The notes under the pieces are model-generated. The model did not search any database, was not told the DNA's origin, and worked only from the letters and a program-made list of their open reading frames with translations. Position numbers and translations under genes: made by a program. Positions 49,901 to 62,250 of a DNA stretch of 64,000 nt are shown here, one piece after another (within the stretch, counting starts at the first letter, position 1; every line of letters starts with the position of its first letter). The DNA comes from Vicugna vicugna (taxonomy: Eukaryota), in assembly GCA_013265495.1 (NCBI GenBank), contig MU058337.1, forward strand, positions 2,758,686 to 2,822,685, in the 5' to 3' direction.

Positions 49901-50889
49901 TTGACCTAAATAAACATCCATGTTTTGGATAATCGCCCCGAATATCCACCTTGCAATACCTTACCGGATCAAAGGCAGGTATCTATATTAAGACCTACAT
50001 CACAGGGTTTGACTCAAAAGATGAACTCTACCAACCACATTTTGTTCAGGATTTTTCACTAGGCTCTCAATGGAGCAGTTTATTTGTCAAACAATAGAAT
50101 GAGTGGTCCACGTGCCATGTCATGCTGAAAATTATCTGTATACTTCAGCCCCCTGCAGACTTTTCACACTGGCTTTTGATGCCCCAGGAGAGTTGGCTTG
50201 CACTAACATTTCTGGCCAGGCTTTCTCTCCTCGGCACCCATCCTATTTCCCGGGTGCCATCACCTGCATGGAGTGCTCCCAAAGGAAATTGTGGTGCCTG
50301 CGAGGCATCACTGTGTTCCGTGCTCAGTATTTCCAATTACCTGTGCAGTCTTTGAGATGAATTTGGGGGAACCTTAAACAGCACAACTTGAAGTATAACA
50401 AGATAAATATTTTCAGAAAAGACTAACATTTTATATCAGTTATTTTATTAACAAGGAACTCACTCAAGTAACCCTAGATCATAGAATGCTTACTTTAAGA
50501 ATAGGGAAATGGATCTCATAGGGTCACAGGTCTCTACAAACAGATCATCAGCTAAGCTTCAGGAGCACTGGGACAGAAGGCGGAGCAATTCTGAGGAGCT
50601 CAGAATATCTGGTTTCTCTCTTGGATCTGCTTCTTACCGTGTCGCTCCTTCATTTAACGTTGTCTTTCAGTTTGCATATACCTTATACTTTGCTTACTTA
50701 TAGCTTGTGCTTCTTTCTTACTTCTCTCTGTTTATTCTATTTACGTGCCTTTCAAATTTAACTTGCTGCAAACTCTCTTCCTTGATTAATATTTTCCTGT
50801 TTGTATCCCTAAGAGAATCTGATTGGATTGGCAAATTTAGAACCTCAGCTTCATTCACAGCCCACGTTCTGTTGTCAGGGCGTGTTATT

Positions 50890-51060
50890 TAGCCGGGGCA
50901 TCGTTATCCCTGTCATCACACCCATTCGATAGAGTCAGAAATTCAGGCTCAGAAAATTTATTTATTTTTTTATCTCAATCTCAAAAAAAAAAAAAGCTAA
51001 AGAGATGAAACTTGGACCCAGGTTCTCCAAACACAATGCTATATATTTTATTACACTACC
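50890..51060 (-). mobile_element. MIR SINE fragment
   Basis: cacccattcgatagagtcagaaattcaggctcagaaa...gagatgaaacttggacccaggttctcc. Confidence 0.55.
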
Positions 51061-52269
51061 ATTCCATTTTCTCTGAGATAGTCAATGCTAGCCAAGTTGG
51101 GTAGGGTGACACGGTGCAGATTATGAGTGCCCAGGCTCCACTCTCTACAGGAGCTTTAAGAACAATAATTTCATTCAGAAGGAGTTGTGATGGACAGATT
51201 CAAAAATGTATTATTGTAAAGTGTGAGTATCAAGCTAGGGATATGGAAGCCAGTTATGGGGCTTCAAGTTTCGGAGGCTTTTCTGAAGCCATTGCATTTC
51301 TTGCTTAATTAACACTGTGGGAAATTAAATGAGCAAGAGAAACTGCATGCGGCCATGGATGGACCACGCTTGCTCACTTGTGCAAGTCCTTACTCACTCC
51401 TAGTTAAGCGATAACCGTGGTGGACAAAATCAGCAAATTTTTTGCTTCCTATTCAGGCACAAGAGTTCAGCCAATGGAGAAGAAACTGTTAATGAGGATA
51501 GTCACCGAGGGAGGACACATTACATGACTGAACATAGCTCCCCGGCCAGAGAAGGAGGCCATGGAATCAAATAGAAATGAAGATAAGGGAAAGATTGAGT
51601 CACTGGTTCTCTTTTCCATCCCCTATAACCTCTACTTTCTCTGGGAAGGTGGAGGCTCCAGGTATGAATTCTTTCACTTCTCTGCCATGCTCTTACCTTC
51701 TTCTAGGAATTCCTGTCACTGACATTCTTACAGGAAGCATTTTCTCTCCTGCCATCCAAGGTCAGTCCTTATTCTCCAAATCTGTCTCATACCCTCCACA
51801 ACACTGCGCATGACCATGTTTTCATCCTTTTCCTTTCATGGTTATTGCTTCTATGGCAACCCTTTAAAAATATACCCCAAATCCTAAGCAAATGTACAAA
51901 ATTAATTGAGATCTAGGTCGTGGATTTTAAATTATTAAAAGTAAGTGACAGGAAAAAAAAAGAAATTCATCAGCATTGTTGTTGAAATTGGAGCCTTTTG
52001 GAAAGAAACAGGGAGAAGTGGCAAACTCAGTCACTAATGAGTCACTGATGTCATTGAGGGAAGTGGGTAAATGTCGGGAGCATTCAGATCGGATTCTGGA
52101 GAAGAGGGCATACCATCAGAATAAAACAATGGTAGGAATTCCCAGACAGGATAAATTATAAGAAAAGACAGTGTTCTAATTGTCTGGAAGCAACAGTACG
52201 TCACAAGAAGCATTGTCCCAGGAAAACTGATGGCCATCATCTCTCTAGTCCTAAGATCCTGAGATACTT

Positions 52270-52430
52270 GACTCTTACTTCTATTATCCTCTGCCAAGAC
52301 ATGTAATTGTCTTTCTTGCTCCATTGGGGAGCAGAAGATTTTTTTTTAATCACTGTATTCCTAAGATCAATCACAAGGCTGGGAGCATAGGAGTAATAAA
52401 TAAATGTTTATGAATAATTGATTGAATAAA
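52270..52430 (+). mobile_element. L2 3' end
   Basis: gctccattggggagcagaag...tcactgtattcctaag...ggctgggagcataggagtaataaataaatgtttatgaataattgattgaa. Confidence 0.7.
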
Positions 52431-53957
52431 TCACAAGAATGCATGCACCCCCGCACGAACGAGTATGTTGACGCTGCTCCTGTTCTCTTGAACGATGGAA
52501 AATAGGGGGAAAAAAAAAAGAATGATCTGAATTAGAAAGACCTGCAAGGGGTATAGTGTCCTCTGATAATTTAATGAAGAGGTAAAATGAATGAAGAAAA
52601 GTTCAGAAGATAAGGACTACTGTTCATTATATTCTCCCGAGAAATCAGAGAAGTAAAATGCCCCTCATTTCTCATGTCTAAACCACGAGGCTCATTCTGT
52701 TAAGTCTCTGATGTCCTACGAGTCCCTGGTCACCAGTGAGCAGCTCAGCGGTGACCAGGAGTGATGCTATGTGGTGATGTGTCCTCAGGAGAGAAATGAT
52801 AGGAATGTCCTGGAGAGTCCTGGTCCTCTCATTCCCCTCTGGCCTATGGCCCTTTCTGTTGGTCCCCAGCCAGGTTATTGCAAGGGACATTGTATCCAGA
52901 CCCCCACTGTGAGAGAAAGGAGGGCACATTGCCCGCCTGGACTATGTTTCTTAATCATAATTATGATGATTCTGCTTTCAGAAACAGACCATATTTTAAA
53001 AATAGAGATAGCTATTAACACGGGAAGCCTTAAACAAGGATATGACATGATAACCAATCTAAAATATCTCAATAAACATTTAACTTTTTTTTTTTTTTCA
53101 AAAATACAATGAAATGCACTAGCCCATCAGGATCCAAAGCGATCAGGGGCAGGGCGCTTGTCGTTGTGGTTCTAACCTTTTGGATAATGAGAACGGAATT
53201 AATTCTACAGACAAGAATACAGAAAACACTGGCTGTACATAACCAATTCAGAGAATGAGCTGTTTCTGCTTCAGCTAATGAAGAATGGCACTCAGAGAAA
53301 ATACTGTTCAAATAAAAATACATGTGCATTTCAAATTTTGCCTTAGATTTGAGTCTGACTCTGACTGGGCACTGAGAAACTTCTGTTTGTTAGAAACAGG
53401 GAGACTTGTTTTCCGTTTCCAACAGTTAGTCATTTCTTGTAGTCGATGGTGGATTTTTTTTTCAAATTATAATTGTTATTTATGAAGTTGTCAGAGGTGT
53501 TAATAAGCACACAATAATGAAACTCCTGTCCGAAATTGAATCCTTAGAAGACTAATGGTTGAGTAGCAGCAAACACATTCAACTGGCCTGAGTTAAAAAA
53601 AAAAATGCTTAAGTTAACTTCCCTCAATTAAGGATACAGAACACCCAGGGCTTAAGGTAGGATTACAAAATTTATACTTCTTTGCCAAAAGCAACTCTAA
53701 TACAGGATCCAGATTTTTGCGAAAGAATGTCATGTTTTGGAGACGGGACACGAAGGAATTTCACTAAAACGTATTTAAAGATTAATGTTTCTTTTTGTTG
53801 TTGTTATAATGATAGTAAAAATCTGCTTGATCTCCCCTACATATGCCTTCCTTCCAACCAGAAATTGTGTGAATGTGGGGTTGGGGTTAAGGAGGAGTAA
53901 GAGTGTACATGTTTGTGAGTCTCATGAATTATAGTCATCTTAAATAAACCATCTATG

Positions 53958-54385
53958 CAGGTATGCCCCGCTTTTCAAAAGTTCATTTTATGCCACTTCA
54001 CTTTTACAAAAGGCCTATATTTGTATCTGTTTTTGCTAGCTGAAAGAAATTTGAAGAGGTTTTTCACATTTATGAAAAAAAAAAAGTTTAAAAAAGAAAA
54101 TAATGTTCAGTGTGTGTTTTGCAGCAGCCTTTACAGAGGCAGTGCACACCCAGAGCGGGGGGCGGGGCCCCGCCAAGCTCCTTCCCTTGAACTACACTCA
54201 GCATCAGGCTGCCAGAGCTTTGACCTGTCTGTGAGCATCTGGGCTTTATCTGGGTGTGCTGTGTGCATCCGTTAGCAAGAGAAGGTAAGTTGTAAGAGAA
54301 TCTCTCCTTCACTTTACACCATTTCGCCTTATGGAAGGCTTTGTAGAGATGCTCTTTTTTTTTTTTGGATGGTGGGAGAAACCTG
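53958..54385 (+). mobile_element. TcMar-Tigger non-autonomous DNA transposon (subfamily not assigned)
   Basis: Terminal inverted ends caggtatgccccgc ... gggagaaacctg followed by TA; internal gccaagctccttcccttgaactacactcagcatc and gtgcatccgttagcaaga. Confidence 0.8.
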
Positions 54386-56229
54386 TACCATGGCAAACAA
54401 CTATTTGGGCAAGGCTTCTAATTGTGAGCAGTTTCTACAATCATGCTTTAATGAGCATGTGACGTGCGGTTGATGGAAGGGACCAGATGGAAGTGTAGCA
54501 GCGACTGTGGTCCAGTGCATCAGCAAGCTGCCCACCAGCAGAGGCTGTGCCCCATCCCTGCTGTACGTCCGAGAGGCCGTCCAACTCAGGGCTCTGGTTT
54601 CTGTGTCTCTTCGTGTTTGATACACTCTCACTAACATTTTGCCTGTATTCAGCCCTCTTTCCATAATTTCGAGTTCTGATAAATTGGGTTATTCCTTACC
54701 AAGCACTCTGCCAAGGTTTAAAAAATAGATAAGGAACTAATTTTCTCATCGTTTCTACAGCTGCTCATTCATTTGGATTCTGTGGCTCTGACCTGGCTAT
54801 TAAGCCCTCAGGAAAAGGTGTTAAAATCCACAGACTAAGGATTTTCGGAGATTTTTTCAGGCAAGGATAATGTACTCTTGACTAGTCCAAGGGTGCCAAA
54901 TCAACTGAGAGATGAGTGAGCAGGAATGCGGGGGGGTGACAAATAAATGAGACATGAATAGAAGGAATGGGAAAGAGACCAGAACAGGTGTCAGAAAAAG
55001 GGCTGTTTGGCCAAATTATGTGAAGAATTTGGCAGAAGGACAAGAGGAACAAAACTGTGACTATTAGTCATGTGTTTTTGTAGGAATATAAACAGGAGTT
55101 GCATTCAAGTAAGAGCCAGTATCTTAAACCAAGAAAAAGCAATGACATAAGATACTTATTGAAATTCATGGGCATTATCTGTACCCCAAGGAAAGAAAAA
55201 CAAAAGAAGGATTCCGCCTAACAGTTCTCAAAAGCAGCCAGAGTTCTCTGTGAATATTTGTCATCCCCCATGCAGAGATACTGTTATGCTGCAAACGACA
55301 TTAGACGTTATGAAGATAGTCAATTTGTGCAAGTAGATGACCTAGATTTAGTGCAACACCCATGATTTTCTTAATTAGAAGGCTTTTACACCCAGAAATA
55401 CTTTAAATTATCCTTGGTACAATTTGGAAACTCTAAAACCAGATGGCACTTTTGTGAACACTTTAGCAGGCAACTTTGCTGTTGTCATTAGATTTAAAAG
55501 GAACCCGTGGACCGAGGCCCGTTCAAGACAAATATAAAATTTTAAAGTGTCTGGATCTGTCTGCTCTTAAATCAGAACTACCTGCCGTCGTCATATGATG
55601 ACGACTGAAGGTCATTATCTGTGCATGGCTGAACGTGACGTGAGATTCTTTCACACTTCCACCAAGCATTTTTTTTTTCCAGTTGCATTAAACGCAGCTC
55701 CTAAATTTACTTTTAAATACAAAGGAAATGCAAAATGTAAATAAAAACACAGTGGAATCAATAACGCATCCCTTTTAACCATAAATAACTGACTCCCAGT
55801 TTTACCCAGGCCATTATAACTAAGATCACTACGCTATTGCAGAAAGTATCCGTACCCTGTTTTTACATACTGTCTTTTCTTTATCATCTGATGCGTGATC
55901 ATTATTGCTTAATCAAAATAATGCACATAAAGCATTAGATTGGGCCACACAAAGCGCCCAATAGTTCACCATGTTTGACCTGCATAAAGGGCATTTTCAT
56001 GGCATTTAACATAATGCACGTGCAGTTTAAAGGACAATGCCATGAACCCTGTTTACTGCTGCTTTGCTTAAGAAACAGAGTATCGCCGAATATTGGAGAG
56101 AACTTTGAAACACGTGTGTCCCTTCTCCTCCCCATCCTCAGGCTGCCTCAGAGTTTTGTGGTATTTACTCCATGACTTTATTTACAGTTTTACCATGTAT
56201 TCTATGACAATATATCACACTGTATATTT

Positions 56230-57030
56230 TTAATGTTATCTTTTTGGATGTAATATACATAGAAGCATAGTACATAAGTAATTCTATAGCTGCTTTTTCA
56301 TGTTCCCCATTAAACACACCTATTCTGTGAGCAAACTTAAAGGTTATCTATTTCCACTTGTCAACTTCCATGGAGGTCTTCTGTGTATGTTTAATTTCCA
56401 AAAAAGTTTTTGTAAGTATTTTTTGATTGATTTTTTCCTTAATTGGCACAGCCTGTAGAATACCAGTTCTTTGAAAGTTGTAGGGCTCATTTTTGTGACC
56501 TATTAATGGACAAATTTCTCCAGTGGGAAAAAATGACACAGTCTTCAGTTACTGAATGCAAAAATAGGTATCTTTATGTGTATATAATGTGCGTATCTTT
56601 CTTACACATACACCGTTGTGTGTGTGTGTGTGCGTGTGTAATCTTAAGGTAATTAATTGTGTTATTTGAGTCCTCTGTGCACATTTTTTTCTTTTGCATA
56701 AGAGTGAAGTTTGTCTCCTCATATACAGTAAATTTGTCAATATATTTACATTGTTCTGTCTACTGTACTTTTCCAATTTTGAAGTCGTATTATTAAGTGT
56801 ATCTATATTTTTAGGTTTGCCAAATTGTCCTGATAAGTTACGTGTTTTAAAATTCTGTGTGAAATTATACTCCACTTATGTCTAGAAATGCATTTTAAAA
56901 CTAGAGACCATTTTTTACTGCCATTTATACACCATTTTTCTTTTGGTAGTATTTGCCAGGTACGTCTTTTTAAATTTTTATTTGTAATCTTTCTGTATCA
57001 TTTTGTGTTAGTATTTCATGTAAACCTAAT
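56230..57030 (-). mobile_element. Old L1M(E) fragments, antisense, with a (TG)n run at about 56617-56639
   Basis: tgtaatatacatagaagcatagtacataagt; tttgaagtcgtattattaagtgtatctatattt; ttttggtagtatttgccaggtacgtcttttt. Confidence 0.6.
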
Positions 57031-57827
57031 ATGGTGAATTTCACAGAAAACCATAATAACGGTAATACTAGTTATGGCATTAGTGGTTTAAATGATTTAT
57101 TTAGGCAGATTAAAATGGCAGGGTAAAAAAAATGATAATAATAAGAGTGTTAAAAATCTCCATCTTTCACAGCTTTAAAATGCTGGCTCTGCTGTGTGGT
57201 ATAATTAAATCAACAGTCTGCTGGGCGGGTTCCAGGCATGCAGACAACTGCTCCCTCACTGCCCCCTGTAAATTCACTAATCTGTACTTTTCCCAAAAGC
57301 TGTGGCACACAGACCTTTCCAAGGTATGGCTGACACCTGTAAAAGCCGAGATGGAAAGGAGAACCCCATAGATCATATCAAGCCAATTACCTAGACAGTG
57401 CGTACAGCCATAGGTAGGTCTGCAAAAATATTATTTATTGCTTGACTGCTGAAAATCCCTAATATTTGGAACTGAATTTTCCCCTACGTAACTTACATAG
57501 TCTCATACAGATAGAAAAATGTCCACCTCATTTTGACAACTCTTAGGACAATTTTCCCAAGAATTTTATGTTATTTCTGGTTTACTTTTAAGTCAAAGAT
57601 TTTAGCACTGCCTTTAGGAACTGCTATGTTTCTTTGAATTTTTGTGAAAAAAAATACTATTTTTCACCTTTATTTGTTCTTTAGAGAGTTTTAGATTATT
57701 GGCAATCGCATTAGATGGGGACTTATGCATGATGAGGATAGTGTGTATAAAGTTTATACAGACAGACATGTGGAAGTTGCAAATCTGAAATTTGACCTGT
57801 GCAAAGAAGGAATTTGAAGGAGTAAAA

Positions 57828-58030
57828 GCTAACGTTTACCTGTTTGTTTCGGGCACTGTTCTAAGCACTTAACATCAACCCCTTGAATCCTACCGATCAC
57901 CCTGCAATGTAGCTCCTCTTTCAATCGTATAGACAAGCAGAGGACAAGGCACACAAGGTGCCAGATGGTAGGTTGGCAGAGCTGGGATTCGAACACAGTT
58001 GGGACTCAGAGCAAGCACTCTCACACTCCC
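57828..58030 (-). mobile_element. MIR SINE
   Basis: gctaacgtttac...gggcactgttctaagcacttaaca...ggcagagctgggattcgaacacag...gactcagagc. Confidence 0.8.
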
Positions 58031-58159
58031 GAGTAAACTGTTCCGAGAAGGAGAGGGGTTGAAACGTTGGTTGTGTGGCGGTGGTGGCTTTGGTTGTGGT
58101 GGTTATAGCTGTAATGAAAGTGTACTACGGGGAGAAACGCCCAATCCATTCTGCTTCAG

Positions 58160-58380
58160 GAGATGGGCTAATTATGTTGCACGTAGAATATCAAATAATT
58201 GTCTTCAATATTTTATGAGCTAGGAGATATTACTACCCTCATTTTTCAAGGGAGGAGACTAAAGCTGAGAGAGATGACATCCCTTGTCCATGGTCTCAAA
58301 GCCAATGTGTTACAGAGCCAGGACCTCCCCTCAGGAGGTCTGAATCCAATACCTATTCTCTCATCTATGCTTTTCTGGAG
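58160..58380 (-). mobile_element. MIR SINE
   Basis: tattactaccctcatttttcaagggaggagactaaagctgagagagatgacatcccttgtccatggtctca. Confidence 0.75.
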
Positions 58381-61300
58381 GTTTATCACGTAAGCATAGC
58401 ACTACGGGTCCAGCACTAAGGTAGTTAGTTAGTCCTTTGACTGAGGATTACCGTGTCCTCAAAGTCTCATGCAGGTTAAAGTCTACAACCTTTTCTAACT
58501 TCCACTGAAACATCCATACAGATTAGAAAAGGTTACTCATTCCATTATTTTCAAAAATGTTAAATACAGAGTAGTCACTACATTCATAAAGAACCTGACT
58601 GAATTCTTTAAATATAGATCATTATGGGCAAACCACGCTTCTTTTTCGTTTCTGCTACTAAGCTACCTTAGCGTGGGGAAGGGCAGAGCTGCATTTACTA
58701 TGACAAAACATATCATAAAGATTACAGACATTATGGTTCAGAAAGATGACTTAGACTTGGTCATACAATGAAGGCAAGAAGTCCAAGGATAATTTCAGTC
58801 TGGCAGGGCGCAGGGAGGGGTGCGTTTATCAGGGAGTGTTGAAAGCAGGGCGGGTGGGCTCGGTCTGTGACGGGGGAGGGCAAGTAGGGAAACACGGCGG
58901 CCTGCCCCCTCACGACTTCCTAGTGCACCCGTGCTCGCCCGATGAACCAGCCAGGAAATTCTGAGTTAGAAACAAAATTAATGAGCATTACAATATTGAA
59001 AATGGAATATAATGGTTAAATTTACGTCTTAGCTTTGCTTGCTGTCCTAATACACACATATTTTACTTACCATTTGTCAGTCTTCTTTTCACTTAATGGC
59101 ACATATTTTTCTATTTAACATTGCGTTTTCGTTTTCTTATATTTGCTGCATAATTTCTTTTTATGTTCCTGTGCCGTAATCTGCATGTCCACTCTTGTAT
59201 TTTTGGCATCTGTGCCGTTTCTGGAGTTGTACTGAGGAGTGTCACGGTTGGATCCAGCACCGTATGACATCCAAACGCTTGGAAAACGAACGTCCTATCT
59301 TTCTCCTGTTTAAAACCTTCAAGTGTTTCCTGCTGCTTTTAAAAGAAAATCTAAGTTCATTACACGGCCGCCAGCCCGCCAAGTGATGTGGCTTCTCACT
59401 ACACCTGCAGCCACTTTCCCTTTAGTTCACAATGTCCGTAATCACAAAGAATGCTAATATCAACACTTTAGGAATATTGTCTAAATTTCCTTTTTTGTTT
59501 CTCTCCACAACATACTGCATGATAATGTCTTAAATATGAAATGCCTGTGTCATTTTTTAATGAACATGTCTGTGGCTCTTGGTGTATCGCACAACATTGT
59601 TTTCAGAATAGTGTACACTTTGTGCCCCTTAAGGGCGTGATGTCCCACTAGTTACATTACTACATTGCTAACTTTCAGCATTTCCACCTACCCAATTAAT
59701 GAGTCTAACGTGCTATGTCAGGACCACAGTATTTGAAGGAGTATCTTATAAAATGCAGAACATTTTGAATCTGGACCATGAGTTAATTCTCTTTTAGATA
59801 TGTCATTTCTAGCCTTCGTTTATTCAAACTGAAACAAAAGGATCCAATATTCGGGTCAGGATTTGCAATGGGCGACCAGAGAGGTGCTTTTAGGAGAGGA
59901 AATCTTGACCTTTGGGCACCTTATTGCTAATGAAAGGTTCAAGTTAAAACTTTACTAGTTAAGGAACTTCTAAAGTTTTACAAGGGCTTGCCTGGAATCC
60001 AGAATAAGGACCTGGGGTTGAGGTCAGACGGTGGCTTGAAGGGAAGAAAGTGGTACTAATGGGTTTGCTTGAAGGGGACAAAGATATCTACCTCTTTGCA
60101 GTATTTTGCCTAAGGCCACGCTGGCCCTGCCTCTCAAAATCATCTTTTCCATCATTTTGGCATTTGCGGTACACTGCAGAGCCCTGATTTAGACTATTTT
60201 CTTGACACTTTAACTTAGTAAAATCTTACATAAAATATGATTTCTAGTCATATATCCCAAACATCAAATGTACATGCATATAACATTATTTTCAAAAATG
60301 AAATTTGCTCTAGCATATATACTTCATCTTTTGTCACTGTAATTTCATTCAATTTCCAGTTTCCCTCTTTCATTTTGGAAGAATAAAATTCTATATTTGA
60401 TGTCTATAAATACTCTCCGTTGGGGCAGTTCAGAAATAAGAGTGCATCCTTAACATTACATTTCTTTGCTTTCAGCTTGCACCAGAACTTTCCCCCCATT
60501 TCAATGTAGCTTTTGTATGGGCATGTGCAATAAAAAAAGCTAATAAACTTAATAAATGGTTCAACTGCATGACTGCACCTGTATGTTACCTTCATCCTCA
60601 TTATCCGTTCCCTCAGACATTGTCCATTACTTCGTCTTGGTCACAGAACCCTATTGTAAGTCTAATAAATAGTGCAATAAAAGTAAATAATCTGAGAAAA
60701 TATTACAGTGCAAACTTAAAATAGTTTTGTTGTAAATTTATGCACGTTTTTATTCACTCTGCCAAGTACAAGTATGCTGGCATTCTACTGTTCGCTTTAG
60801 ATCTCCCACAGGAATATGACCCAAATCCTTATTTCTTATGAGCTTCATTCAAATATATATTAGCGTGGCTCTGTGCCAGCAGCTTTTTTTCCTCAATAGG
60901 ATTGTTGAAAACTGATTCAGACAATAGCATGTGCATGTATATAATGTGCCTATATATATAATTTCTGAAATGCCTCTTTGAAAATGGATGCTCAAAGTAA
61001 AATGGAAAATTAAGTTTTTTATTCTAGGAACTCAGTCATCAAATGCATTTTTCCTCCTGATATTCTATAGATATGAACAAACTGTATTTTTGTTTGAAAC
61101 TTTTGGGTAATTAGATGTGTTTTCAAACCGATGTGTAGGTGTGGACTCTGAATATTTAGAAAGGCAAGAATTTCCAATGATAATCAGTACTAAAATTGTC
61201 TGTCAGATATTGGCATGAGATGATGAAAAGTAGGCCCACCTCTTCATGCCTCACTAGTTTAAAAATATTTTGGGTCCTTTTCGCTAAAGACCGTCTTTAT

Positions 61301-61999
61301 ACGAAACATGCCATCTAGTTAGTGGATGTGAGACTGTGTTTTCCATCACTCTTTTACTCGAGGTCCTTTTGCAGCTGAGTGATAGTATTCTCATTAAGAC
61401 TTTCTGACAGTTCATAGCTGTCAATCAGGAAAGATTTTCACAAGCTACTTCCAAGGTGTGGGAAGTGCACAAAAATGAAGAGGTGATCTCAGATTAATAG
61501 GCAGTTTGGGGCATCTTGAGTAGGCTCTAACTGAGTCTTGGTTTGCTCTTTCCTGCAGTCTAACCAAGGTACCAAATTGATGAAGCCATATGATGAAAAG
61601 CTTCTGGATTTTATCTGGTCCTGCTACTAATCAGTGTGGCACATTCATACTAGATATGTTTTACATACATATATGCAGGATTTAGCGTTCCGACTGGCTT
61701 GTGTAGGGCACGGGATATTTTCCTTTACAACATATTTGGTTCTGTTAACAAGAAACAGGACTATAAACAGCCAGATAACCTCTGAGAATTATAAAAATAT
61801 GGAGACAATGTCCAACAGTTTACGTGTAGTAGTTTATACATAGTAAAATGTCAAACAAGGTGTATATAGAAAGTTTCTACCATGTAAATTTTATGTTCTC
61901 TCTAATCTGATTAAGAGGGGAAAACCTAACCTATCCACTTAAAAAGGTCTTCTCTTCAAAATTTCTTTCAAGATACTTTAAAATGTTTTATTTATAATA

Positions 62000-62250
62000 C
62001 AGGCGACCATCTGTTTAGTGCTTGCTATGTGCTAGACCTTGTACTGAGCACTGGACCTCCATGAGTCCTTGCTTGACATTATAATCCTACAAAGTAAATA
62101 TTATTATCCTCATTTTTCAGATGAGGACGTGTATGCTTAGACAAATTAAATGACTTGACCAAGCCCATGAAGGTCGCGGCTGGCTGATACAGAACAAGGC
62201 TGTTTGAGTGCCAATTCTTTGATCTCCTGTGATGCGCTGTGCCTCTTGAG
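62000..62250 (-). mobile_element. MIR SINE
   Basis: tagtgcttgctatgtgctagacc...attattatcctcatttttcagatgaggacgtgtatgcttagacaaattaaatgacttgaccaagccca. Confidence 0.85.
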
